The translations under genes were made by a program, and so were the position numbers. Source: Patellaria atrata CBS 101060 (Eukaryota). From it: DNA of 48,349 bases. Each line of letters starts with the position of its first letter. Position 1 is the first letter of the stretch. Shown here piece by piece: positions 1 through 13,049 of this stretch. The stretch covers positions 124,001 to 172,349 of the forward strand of contig MU006120.1 in assembly GCA_010093705.1 (NCBI GenBank), read 5' to 3'. The notes under the pieces are model-generated. The model made no database searches. It saw only the letters and a list, made by a program, of their open reading frames with translations, and was not told the DNA's origin.

Positions 1-1416
1 ATACCCACTCAGGGTTACTTATATGATCGCGTACGGCGATTAGGTCGTCTTGGTTGGAGCAGACTATGTGAATCAGAATAGATCCATCTGGAAGGTCTCG
101 TAATACTCACGTGCTGGCAATGCTAAGTGGGCATGGTCCGCATTGTATTTTATTATATCAGATATTGACCTGACTTTAGACTTCTCAAGACCAGCCATGA
201 ACTTGTTGGCTATGTCCTTAAACTCATGGTCTACACTTGTCAGCTAAATAATCGAAATGTATGCTTTACTCTATTGCTTACATGCTACCATCTCGAAACC
301 ATCTGCGTCATCGACACTTAAGTTCTCAGGTAGTGGAATTTCAACGGGATAGTTCACTGCGGCACCTCGATCCCTTATTTTTTCTATGGCCGCTTCGTAT
401 TTTTGCTCCTAGAAAGAAAGTTAGAAGAGCCTTTAGGGATGTCAAAGCTTTTGAGTGACTCTGTACAGTACCATTTCTTCATCAGCGTTTCGATCTGGCC
501 GACAACTCTCCTCGTCTAGTTTCCATATCGCAGGATCAGCAAATCCGATTCGGAGACCACACCAGTTTCTTTCCCAAGGATTTTCCGTCATATCTATACC
601 GCTATCCCAACTGTCTCGGTTACTTGAGCCTTTGGTCAACACTTTAACCAGTGTCTCAAGGTCTGCCGCGGACTTCGCCATAGCACCAACAGAATCAAAC
701 GTTTTGCTGAGCCCGAATATGCCATCCATAGGAACTTCACCGACTGTGAGTTTAATAGCATAGAGCGCTGATCGACTTGCAGGCGTTATAATCGAGCCTA
801 CAGTTTCCGTCCCAAGAGCAAGTGGCGCAAAGCCAGCTGCAACAGCAACAGCAGAACCGGTAGAGCAACCACCAGGAGCAGAATGGCCAAGAATAGTTTC
901 CCCGGGTTCGATACCACCAGGTATGTAGATTGATTGTGTTTGGCCACCGACAGACGACCAGCCTGGCATCATGTTTGGTGTCCTTAAGCCACAGAATTCC
1001 GTAAGATTCGCTTTTCCAATTACAATGAGGCCACCTTGGATCAGTTGATCGATGATAGGAGCATTTTTCTTCGGTTTCGCACCAACGAAGGCGTAAGACC
1101 CTACTGTTGTGTCCATTCCCAAACTTGGCTCCGTCATTATGTTATCCTTGACAACAATGGGTATGCCGTGAAATGGGCCCCGAGTCTTCCCCCTCGCCCT
1201 CTCCTCGTCCAACTGTTTTGCCCGTCCCAGAACATTGTACCTTGGAGCTACTGATATCAGGGCTCTCAATTGGCGTCCTTTCCGATTGTGTCGCTCGATC
1301 TGAAGTAGATATCTCTCGACGATTTCGACGCTGGTCAGGACGTTGGCATCCAGAAGGCTCTTCAGATCCGTCGCCGTGATGGTGAGAGGGTCGAAGTCCA
1401 CAACATCATGATCCAT
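1..1416 (-). CDS. Amidase-signature family enzyme, 3' end outside the window. Exons 1416-472, 408-282, 230-111, 63-<1
   Basis: RGPFHGIPIVVKDN (catalytic Lys), GKANLTEF, PGGCSTGSAVAVAAG, GTETVGSI (nucleophile Ser). GT..AG introns with CTAAC/CTGAC/CTGAT branch sites keep the frame (...YHEFKD...KYNADHA...NQDDLIA). Confidence 0.9.
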
Positions 1417-2576
1417 AATGATGAGGGAAAGGGTGACCAGAATGCTGAGACCCGTAGAGACAGTTGCGGGGTCAGAAGGGCATATTGCTCTTCACAGAGC
1501 AGCGTTTTCGGTAGTGAGCTCAGAGGAGTCAATATATTTGTAGGATAAGTAGGGCCAATGATTGCATGCCGGATGTCGTCGCGTTCTCACGAGATCCGAT
1601 ATAGTGGTCCACTGTGCCTCAGAAATTGGTGTTCGGCTGGGGTAAATTAAAACCGTCTTGGGCCGCAATATAACTATAGATGAAAAGAGAACGATTGACA
1701 GAAACAGAACCAGGTCACACCTTTCGCCAGATAAATTGCCACGGGTAGCCTAGCTCTTAAACCAGAAAGGGAGGGTGAAGCTTAACCGGTATATGGAGAA
1801 GAGAGGCCTAGAGGCGAACGAGAACGAGGATTTTACCGGCTGGTCAACAAACTCACAAGGACATCGGCAGCAGCACAGACGACTCACGACTTGTCGATTG
1901 AGTCGATTATTATTACTGTACTGCACTATGAAGGCGCGTCAGCATCTTCTACCGTAGACGGACCAAAGCTATACCAGCATAGGCTGTCTACGAGAAGCAC
2001 AGAGCGCATAGGAAGCTCCTTGTTCTTAGTGCTGATCAGCCATCACGATCCCTCCCCCAGAATCCCAAATGCGCCTCAAAAAGAAGGGCGAGCTTTTGGA
2101 CGTGGAGGATCACCAGTTTTCTTTCTTTCGCGTCCTTGGTCCCCGAGCCCTGAGACTGAGAAAATTCGTTTTCTTCCTAGCGAAGCCGCGGGCCAGACGG
2201 TGCCTATGTGCGATCCAGGTTACTCTCTGTAGTCTGCACATCTTCGTGGGCGCTCCGGCGTATGGTATCGCCCGTATGTGCGGCGAAACCGTGCCGTCCG
2301 GCCTAGCGTTGGGAACTGGTGAGGGATTGGGGGAGGGGGATAGGGTACTGACTAGAGACTAGAGAGGACGAGTTAAAGTGTAGAACAGCGGGAGAATTTT
2401 CCACCAAGAGATGGGGAAAGCGTGGGGAGCCTATCATGCCTACTAACTGTAACTCTTGTAGACTGTATTAACCTCCCCTGGTCGAGTCGACAACCCACGC
2501 GTTTCATCCAAAATGTCATCGTGCCTGAGGAATTCAAATATCGAACAAATAACCCTTGTCCCCATGCCCTCATCTT

Positions 2577-2611
2577 TCCTGACTCCTGACTCCTGACTCC
2601 CGACTCCTGAC
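2577..2611. repeat. 7-bp tandem repeat (TCCTGAC)x5, one copy TCCCGAC
   Basis: Read directly from the sequence. Confidence 0.9.
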
Positions 2612-3939
2612 AAAACGTTGATGCCGAGGAATGCGACATCGCGGTCGCGACCTGTTGAGATCAACGGTTGCAGGCTTCCCCAGAGTTATCGGGATGGAAG
2701 CATCGGAACTTAACATTATTATGCGTCTCCTTTTTGAACGTCTTTCCATCTCTTCCTGTCTTCATATTCCTCAAATTTCAACTCTTCATAAATCCTGTAA
2801 TCCTTGCTATACTTTCTTACAGACTCGTGATCAACTTTGCTTGATATAAGCTTGCTCGACTTTCAACTCTCTTTGCCACTATAAGCGGGGATAATGCTTT
2901 AAGTTGAGCCTTATCGAACACCTCTTATATCTTCTTTTTAATTTCACTTTTGGACCTTCTCCAAGTCATTAATCAAGCCCTAATTACCTGATTGGTGTGA
3001 AGAGTTGGATTTTTCCTATCATCTTAATTTAGTGATTGTTCCGGATCTAAGAAACTAAACGGCAGATCAATTAATGAACAGGTTATTAGTTGTCGGACTA
3101 CAATGATTCACAGCTCCATCTTTCATGCGTCACCAGTTACCTAAGGCAGAGACCATCTAGTGCGCTGTGTATTGTGAAGCAGACAGACTTATTACCTACG
3201 AGTCTCTCGGGTCGCAAATATGGTGCATTTCAGGGTTGAATGATCAAAAGACAGTCTAAGGAGATACTGCGACGAAGCTAAAGAAATCTGACCAGATCTC
3301 TCTCCCTTAGATGTCCTGTGACTCCTCATCACATTAATATCGGACTGCGCACACGCATCTTTTGTATGTTGTTACCAACTGTCGACGGTCCAACAACAGT
3401 GGTGCACCGGAGAGCGTACAGTAAGCGTGCACTATATACGTGGTCAAGCAGTGTCTCCCATGAGATGATGGTGGACAAAGTACCTTCTCTTTTGTATGTC
3501 ATCAATCATCTATCAACCTTATATTCATGATTAAAGACACTTCTTCCGATTCTCATTCTTATGATTCTTAAATGTCTTCCATACGACCCAAAGACTCTTC
3601 TTGGATGTTTGCAATACAGGCGTATATCATCAATTCTTGAGTAAGCTTGCGGGTATGGCACTGCATACAATGATTATTGGTTCACTTCAATCTCCTTGTA
3701 ATAGTTGTCCCTACTATAATTAAATTCTCCGCATCATTATTTCCGGATTCTGTGAGGTAGTTACAGTGATTTGAAATTCACCGAAGGTATGATGGCTTTC
3801 CGTCAACTAACCTCCAAGGCACTATTAGAATTTAAAAAAAAAAATGAAATACCTTATATACTATATATATAAGGACTAAAATCCTATTACTATTCGTTGC
3901 CACAACAATGAAAAGGCTTCAGAGCATAATCTAGAGGTG

Positions 3940-4139
3940 AAAAAAAAAAAAACCAAAACAGTTCGCACGCCCTCCGAAGAGGGCGTGCTACGTCTGCTGC
4001 CCCCCGATAGGGGCCTGAGGTATAGGGGGAGGGAGGGAGTTGATTTTGCCCTCCTTAGGAGTCGACCCCGGGGGTGGTGGTGACGAAGCCTAGTGGCGAT
4101 CCACTAGGCTACTTCCCCCGGGTTATGAGAAATGACTCC
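3940..4139 (-). other. GC-rich multi-hairpin element ending in oligo(T) on the minus strand; candidate structured RNA or non-autonomous element
   Basis: Perfect stems 3965-3974/3979-3988 (cTTCGg loop on minus), 4087-4096/4101-4110, 4067-4074/4115-4122 and 4058-4063/4134-4139; A13 at 3940-3952. Confidence 0.5.
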
Positions 4140-4736
4140 AGAAACGTTGTTGATAACCTGCAAGTCCAGGCTGGTCATGTGTTTGTAGCTTGTGTAGGTT
4201 CTAACGTGCATTCAATCAATGATGTTGATTGTAAGTCACGTGTGGAGAACAACATGATCTCCCAGGGGTGCCATTCATGATCAAGTGTCAATATAAGTTT
4301 CCTATGTCACGATGTACAGTTACCAGTATAAGTGATTAGTAGAATCTACCCAACGCAGAAAGACTTCTTCTTAGACATTACAACGAGACTTTATCTCCAT
4401 CACTACATCGTAGGAGTTCATGGTCTAGATCTGGACCATCCGATCATACAAATGTTACGACCCTAGAGGATAGGGTCTAACATTGGTGCTCAATCAGTGA
4501 TGCAACGGTAGAATTCCAGAGCAACAGTAATGAGATAATTCGCTCAATGAACGCATACCGAACTTCTTACAACAAAAACGTCCGCAAATGGACTGATAAC
4601 TCCCACCAAATGAAGTTTCCCACCATCATCAACGCTAACCTCCTAAATTCAACTTGTCCAGTCCACAACCTGACATCCAAATAACCCGCTCTTCCCGAGA
4701 CAATACTACAGGTAGTGCTAGTAGTTTCCATCACCT

Positions 4737-5429
4737 TTAAGACATTACCCTCCCCTCAACCTTATCCTCTCCATCCCTCAGTCGCTCCTCAAACCCTGAG
4801 CCCTTCCTCCCTTTAAGCATCCTCAACACTTCCACATTCTCGTGCTTCCTATGCACCGGTGCGGTTGTCGGTCCGCTGGAAACAGACATAGAGCCCCTAA
4901 CCCTATCTTTGAACCCAAGTCCCAACTCGCAGTCTTCCTCGTTCACCAGTTCCCCAGGATGCGGTTCATCAGATCTTGCGTCATCCCGTGCACGCATCTC
5001 TTCGTCGAGGAGAAAGGCGATACTGTGTTTCCGCTTTTGCTTTTGCGGGGAAAGCGGAGGTATAGATGCAGGATTTTGTTGTACGAAGGGTGGATAGCAC
5101 GAGGAGCTAGTTGAAATGGGTATGTCGGGCGTCATTGATAAACGAGATTGGATTTGGGCAGCGAGTGAAGGAGAGGGCGGCGGGAGGATCGGCCCTGAGG
5201 TGCGAGAAGAGACGATCTTCTGGACTTCGGGAAAGGAGAGATGGGAGGATTGAGGGACGAGGGCCGGACGGCGGTAGTAGTGATAGGGATTGAGTTGATC
5301 CAGAGGGGGTGATGGTATATAGCCCTCGTTACCTTCCTGTGCGGTGGGCCCGTTGATCACTCCCGGTATACGGATTTTATGGGTTGTGGAGAAGCAGGGC
5401 TTAATGGGGTGCTGCGTTTGAAGAGCCAT
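4737..5429 (-). CDS. Hypothetical Pro/Ser-rich protein (230 aa)
   Basis: ATG-initiated ORF, low complexity, KRKHSIAFLLD (basic stretch plus SIxxLL-like motif); no recognised domain. Confidence 0.45.
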   Translation of the reverse strand: MALQTQHPIKPCFSTTHKIRIPGVINGPTAQEGNEGYIPSPPLDQLNPYHYYRRPALVPQSSHLSFPEVQKIVSSRTSGPILPPPSPSLAAQIQSRLSMTPDIPISTSSSCYPPFVQQNPASIPPLSPQKQKRKHSIAFLLDEEMRARDDARSDEPHPGELVNEEDCELGLGFKDRVRGSMSVSSGPTTAPVHRKHENVEVLRMLKGRKGSGFEERLRDGEDKVEGRVMS

Positions 5430-6720
5430 TAGATATATCTTCCAGTTCGAAGGGGAAAAATGGTCTGATTGGAGAAGATATCTCGAGCTTCGATACTGGT
5501 GCAGCGTAGTCTGCCATTACTCCTAGATGCAATGTCTTCTCTTGAGGTATTAAAGTGGGTGCAGATGTTGCACGAAAATTTCAACGTCGGCCGGAATATA
5601 GAAGCTATCGAATAATTTTGCTAATCGGACATGTGCAGACCATTATCGAGGAAGAACTTGTTTGTTTGCCTACGCCATGTTCTGATTCTAGAGTTTGACA
5701 AACGTGGGACAAACACAGAGCGTATAGAAAGTTTCAATATATATTCATCTACTAAATAGCATTTCAATGGATAGATAAGTGTCATTTGAACCGAGACAAA
5801 AGATTGCAAATTTACAAATTCTGAAGGACTGATAACTTCTGAGAAACAGAGGAAAAGACTTCACAAAACTGGTGCTAGAGAGAGGATTCGCAAGTGTTTG
5901 CACTAGGTGATTTAGCTTTCGAGTTTGTGACAATCAGTAACACATTGTACGCTTTATACGGACGTGGCATAAGAATTAGATAGCATCTCTGTCAGAGTTT
6001 CTTACCGCAAATGGATTGCATTCAGCTTTCGGTCCCTTTACCTCCTCTGGACTCTGGATGGCTATGGCGATGCTTTAGTTGAAATTGGCGATAGTCATGA
6101 GAGCTGAATCGTGAGATATTCTTCGAAATAGCAATTAACAATCAAGGCCTCCTTCAATTAGCTCTACGGGTCTCGACAGAACTCCTAGCAAGCGTAAACT
6201 TGTGAGAGCCGGACTGATCATTGCTCGAAGATCTTTGACGGAAGCAGACATTGCGCAGAGAGAGGAAATGGCAAACGACGTATGCTCTGGATTGACTTGA
6301 TCAAAGGGACGTTTCTCTTGAGGATTCGGACTCCTGAACAACCGGGAACCAGCACGGAGTACAGTACAGCTACTCCGTGGGAAATGTCTAGGACTTCTGA
6401 GATGCCACATCTTATGCTCAATGTTCCAGCTGTTCGGAGGCTACCTTAAGGTAGAGACTGGAGTCAGACGAGATTCGGGAGTTGTATTGATAAGGTTCAG
6501 GAGAGAGGACTATCTAACTATTTCTTGTTGCAGTTTGTTTCTAGCCTTGGCAGTGAAATCGCGTCATCTTCGGGATGTCGATTTTTGAACTGGAGGGGAT
6601 GAGTCGGATGGGAGGGTTATGAATGGCTCCCCAATACCTTATAATGGATATTCCAAGTCTAAACAGCTGTGAGAGATATCTTTCCTCCGACTCTCCTATT
6701 CTATAGAAATTCGGCTCTCA

Positions 6721-8418
<1,698 letters not shown>

Positions 8419-8788
8419 TACAATATTAGGGCTATGCAGTTTCACCTTCATTCTGTACACTAAGACGAAAATTTTGCTTTTGAATGATCCTTATGAGCGT
8501 AGAATTTTGTGATGCGTACCAATTGCTCCGCCCAAAACGAGGAACTACAAAGGAAAAGAGATATCGCACCCCATGCCATCCTAGGGTATCTTAATAAACA
8601 AAAGGAAAGGGGCAAATCCAGCCATGCAACGCTAGGGTATCGTACACATCGTAATGTCTCCATCAATGCTCGCCAGTGATCTGCTCAACCCCTACCACCG
8701 GTAATCACCGGTATCATGTACCGAAAAGCCATATCTGAGTCCTAAGAACTCGTACACACACTCCCCAACCCTTCCCCTGAAAATACCC

Positions 8789-9541
8789 CTAAAACCCCCC
8801 TTCCCAACCCCACATCCCGTTCACGCCCACCTCCTCATCTGCCTCACCCCACCACCAGTCATCCTTCTGTTCCTCCAAATCCACAGCCTCATTCCCCCGC
8901 TGTCCCCGAGAATCAAACCAGGCCCCTTGCTGGCCCTGCTGCTGCTGGTTCTGCAACACCACCTGGTACTGCGACGACTGGAAGTACGCCGTGTTGCTTC
9001 TCTGCGGCCCTCCATACTGAGCATCGTACCGTCGGACGTCCTGCGGCCCGTACCGCTGGTCTTCGTACTGCAGCGTACCGTAGCACGCCGCGAGCAGCTG
9101 CTGGTCCCAACCGCTCTGCACAGGCGGGACGGAGACTGGCATCGGGGACAGGGCGCGGGCGACGTAGCCGGCATAGTAAGCCGGGCTTACAGCGGAGACC
9201 CCGGCATTGGCGGCGAGGTCGAGAGGAACGCGGGGAGGAGGCGCGGGGGAGGTTCCCGGAGCTGGGCGGTGCGGAAGAGGGTTTCCCGGATTGTGGCCCG
9301 GGATGCCGAAGGAACCGGCCGCAGCTTGAGCAGGGCCGAAAGCTGGTACAGAGGCGCCTTGTACGGTTGGCGCTGCGAGATCCCTCACAATCACTGGGAT
9401 TGTGGGTGCCTGTACAGCAGTGGTAGCTGCTGCAGTTATGGGAGGTCTTGATGCAGGGCGGCGGCTCTCCATGTTTTGATATTGCTGCTCGGGGCCCTGT
9501 ACCCCTGAGCTTTGGCTTGTTCGCGCTGGTTGATCGCTCAT
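8789..9541 (-). CDS. Hypothetical low-complexity protein (250 aa; Pro/Ala/Gln-rich, Trp-rich acidic tail)
   Basis: ATG-initiated ORF with a GC-rich core; no recognised domain. Confidence 0.5.
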   Translation of the reverse strand: MSDQPARTSQSSGVQGPEQQYQNMESRRPASRPPITAAATTAVQAPTIPVIVRDLAAPTVQGASVPAFGPAQAAAGSFGIPGHNPGNPLPHRPAPGTSPAPPPRVPLDLAANAGVSAVSPAYYAGYVARALSPMPVSVPPVQSGWDQQLLAACYGTLQYEDQRYGPQDVRRYDAQYGGPQRSNTAYFQSSQYQVVLQNQQQQGQQGAWFDSRGQRGNEAVDLEEQKDDWWWGEADEEVGVNGMWGWEGGF

Positions 9542-10016
9542 TTTTGGCTGGTACCGATACGCGAAAGCTTGAGATAAGAAAAGAGTCGTCTTGTGAGGTA
9601 TGAAGGCTTTGTGAGAGACTTATAGGAGCAGATAAAGGTTATTACAGCTTGTTGCTGTATTGATATTGCTGTACGTGAAGAAGAAGTTTGGTAAAAAGGC
9701 CTTCGTCGTCACGTTTGTGGAGGTTGAAGAAGGGATTGACGTGGATGGAGGTTAAAGAAATCAATAAGTGAGAATTTGCAAATGGTTTGGCTGAAGTTCG
9801 GAGTTTCTGCTTAAACAATGCAGAAAATGTAAGTAAGTATCTTTGAAGGAAAATGTTGCTTCCACGAGGTCTCTCAAACAAGCCTGAGTCACTTTCCTAC
9901 TTCTACCGAGTGCATGTGAATGATATGCGGCAACCAATACGTCGTCTTGCTTGATAATCATCTTATATTTCTATAGCCGTTTGTCTATTCAACAAGGAAA
10001 CGTGAAAGTCATAACT

Positions 10017-11129
10017 CTAGGGAACTTCATCCCATATTCTGTCACCCTCTTTTGGCGGTTCCAGGAAGTCTAAGGGAGCAATATCCGGTAGCTGATGCTT
10101 CTCAGCCCATGCTTTCACAGCATCAAAGTTTCGACATTTATGCTGCGTGTTAAAATCCACGAATGCCTCGGGCTCCGTCTTATTTGGTGGTTTATACCAG
10201 ACCTGTCCGAGGACGCCTACATCAACGGTGCACATGAGTTGTTGGCGCAGGATATCAAGACAATGAGCTGTTTGGGAGTAATTTCGCATGAGCTTTACGT
10301 ATCTCTCCGAATTGAGGACTGTTTATCACCTACTAATATGATATTTTACGATTCCAGGTGAGTTTTTGAAAGGTCCCAATCCCTGCGCCCTGTAGTAGTC
10401 GATATTATAATACAACGACTTGCGAAGGAGATTCTGAACAAAAGATAAGCAAGCAGAAGGTCTTGGAGAATGAGTCACTGACCAGACAATGCAGATGATG
10501 CAACCCTTCCACATGCGCAGGATATCCTCCTCCATACTTCTGCTTAATCTTGACCTGATCAGGCGCAAGGTTAGATCGTGCTGCTAGATCGTCTGCTACT
10601 CTTGCAGCATGGACTGGTACAACGCAATTAGCAACTTTATGGAACTACCTAGGTTATCATCAGGGAGGGAATTACAGTCTACCCCCAACGATTTCCACGC
10701 CGCATCAACTTCTGGCCCGGCATCCTGACGGAAGGCGTTCAACTTGAGGAGTGAACCTTGGAATTGTACAGTGCTATACAATATATCGACATCATGGATA
10801 ACAGGAGCTGCGTTGATTTAGGATGTGAGAGTATAACATCATTTGGGGTCATATTGAAACCACTGACAGTACTGGGAGATCTTTCTAAGACAATAGGGGT
10901 CGGAACTCGGTAGCCATCCTCTGCCAACCCAAGCACCGATTATACTCGAGCATATAGAACATACAAGGAGAAGAGCGATGATCACAGGCCATGATATTGG
11001 TCTTGAGACACGTCTTGCAAAATCTAAATATATTTCTGAGCTATCAGATTCAGAGAGCAGCCTTTCGCGGTCCTCTGATTCCGTATGCCGTCCTAAATCT
11101 ACTTCTTTCACGGTAGAATTGTTGTGCAT
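10017..11129 (-). CDS. DUF3328/UstYa-family oxidase (RiPP cross-linking enzyme family), about 291 aa. Exons 11129-10868, 10807-10676, 10613-10483, 10433-10334, 10267-10017
   Basis: N-terminal TM helix (WPVIIALLLVCSICSSIIGAWVG), GPEVDAAWKSLG, two HxxHC motifs (VEGLHHLHCLNLLRK; YHITHCLDILRQQLMC), C-terminal FNTQHKCRNFDAVKAWA. Spliced length 876 nt is in frame with canonical splice sites. Confidence 0.93.
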
Positions 11130-12582
11130 AGTGGGCGGGTATGTAGAGAATGGCCTGCACAAGACGATGCAAAGGTATGAATAGAAGAATTTCGGATGAT
11201 AGAGCTGGAAAGAGCATGAAGTGGAAACAAGCGCAGTAAAAGAACAAGATGAGATCCCGACACTAGGGTGCTTTACAGGTAAGCTTCTATGTCATAGCTT
11301 TACCCCCAATAGAGCAACAACCTTCGAAGCAACCTCTAGCGCGAGCGGTGTCAACGGAGCGCCGATACCTGCGCAGTGCTGCGATAGAGACATAAGTATG
11401 GAGCTCCGCCGCCTCAGTCGACTAGAACTATCCAGATCCCAGATACCGTGACGGCAGATCGAATTGAGGAGGCTTACAAGGCTACGTGGATTGGTCCAAG
11501 CAGGACCGAGCAGAATAAGATGTAGATTAAGTTCGTAAAGAAGGCGGAGAATTCCTGCAATGGCTGTTAGCTGCGTGTTTTCTGATTTAAGGGACTACCC
11601 TTTTTGTAGGAATAATAAGCGCGAAGAGATGTGGCATCTCTTGGAAATGATGCTTAGGCTTTCAGCTGGACCTGCTTTGCTGGAATAGATCTACCAGACG
11701 ACGGAGAAAAGATGTCCCATCTGACTTCAGCTTGAACTAAGCGCATGGGCCACGATACAGAATCTTGAACCTGAATGCTTGACTGTCCTCTTTGCTCTTC
11801 TTATTCTTTGTTTTTGAAAGGCATTAGACCAATGATTGCTTCACATGGAGAAGACTGTCCAACTTGAGTTGGATTAAGGTTCCCGGGCTGTGTTCGAGCT
11901 GAGGAGAGGCCAGAAAATTATCTAACTTAATTAGGCAAGGTTTCATATTAGAGTGGTGAAAACACCACATCCCGCAGTACTCACGTCTTCGATTCATCCG
12001 CAATATTGATTAAAACTATCGTGTCTGCTGCTGCGTGCTTTACTGTCAGGTACAATTGGGGAGGGACAATTATGAAAATGTTGGTAGATGAAGTTATGGC
12101 GTAGAATGAACTCTTCCCGGACGCGTGAGGAGTAAGGCAAACATCATCAGAAGAGTTCAACAAGATCTACGATCCGATGTTTGATAGCAGTAAAGGCAGA
12201 TGTCATTCGCGGCACGGTAAAGCGAAGTTCAGATGTCGATCTAGACCGGGTCAGTACAGCTGCAGCTTCTTTCAATAGCTCACGTCACATTTTCTTGTCA
12301 TTCTATCTCTCTTCGCCGTATCACGGAGTTTCCTGAACGCCTCTGTTACTTGCAAAGGCTAGCTTCTCGTTTCTTGGTCTCTCTCTTCCTGTTATTGTTT
12401 AGCTTTCCAGCCTCTCCCGCATCACCGACATTCAATACTTCAAGTCTCCGTCTTACGCTCTTATGCTTTTGTCTCATGGCGTGAAAATATTGCAAAATGG
12501 CCTTCGAGCAGCAAGGAACGTGGCCCCAAGCGTTGAGCTAGAGCTACAGGTCCACGAGAGAGCTCATTACCATTTCGAGAGC

Positions 12583-12588
12583 TATAAA
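12583..12588 (+). promoter_or_regulatory. Putative TATA box of the precursor peptide gene
   Basis: TATAAA about 95 bp upstream of the ATG at 12681. Confidence 0.5.
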
Positions 12589-12680
12589 GACAGCTATCCT
12601 AGGTAGGAGTCAAGGACTATCCCACTCCAATACCTTCATCCCTTCACCAGGAGTCAATCAATAGTTACCACAGTTCCAAA

Positions 12681-13049
12681 ATGCTTTTCACTAAGACATT
12701 TGCCCTTCTGGCTCTTTCATTCTCAGCCGTCATTGCGGCTCCCATCGCCAACGCACCGGCGGAAGCACGTGATGCCAACCCACAATCTAGCTACTCAGAC
12801 TATGGTACTTACGGAGATGTCCCTCCACCCGCTGGTGGTTACGGATCATACGACAGCGTTCCTCCTCCAGCTGGAGGTTACGGCTCGTATGACAATGTCC
12901 CTCCTGCGGACGTTCCGTCAGACTACGGAACCTATGGCGACTATGTAAGTAGCTGTACGAAAGCTCCTTCAGCATTCTCGCTAACGCTAGGGTTTTCATA
13001 GGGATCCTACAAGCGTGATGCTAAGGCTGAAGCTGAGAAGAAGGCTTAA
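12681..13049 (+). CDS. Secreted Tyr-rich repeat protein, putative RiPP precursor (103 aa). Exons 12681-12944, 13002-13049
   Basis: Signal peptide MLFTKTFALLALSFSAVIA|AP; repeats YGTYGDVPPPAGG / YGSYDSVPPPAGG / YGSYDNVPP / YGTYGDYGSY; intron GTAAGT..CTAAC..CATAG; exon 2 reads GSYKRDAKAEAEKKA*; divergent from the DUF3328 gene. Confidence 0.85.

Noticed and set aside
1..110. Suspected frameshift in amidase exon 4
   Set aside because: Recounting gives an in-frame junction (LPA-LCSNQDDLIAVRD).
1775..2362. Overlapping short ORFs upstream of the amidase
   Set aside because: No recognisable domain or consistent gene structure.
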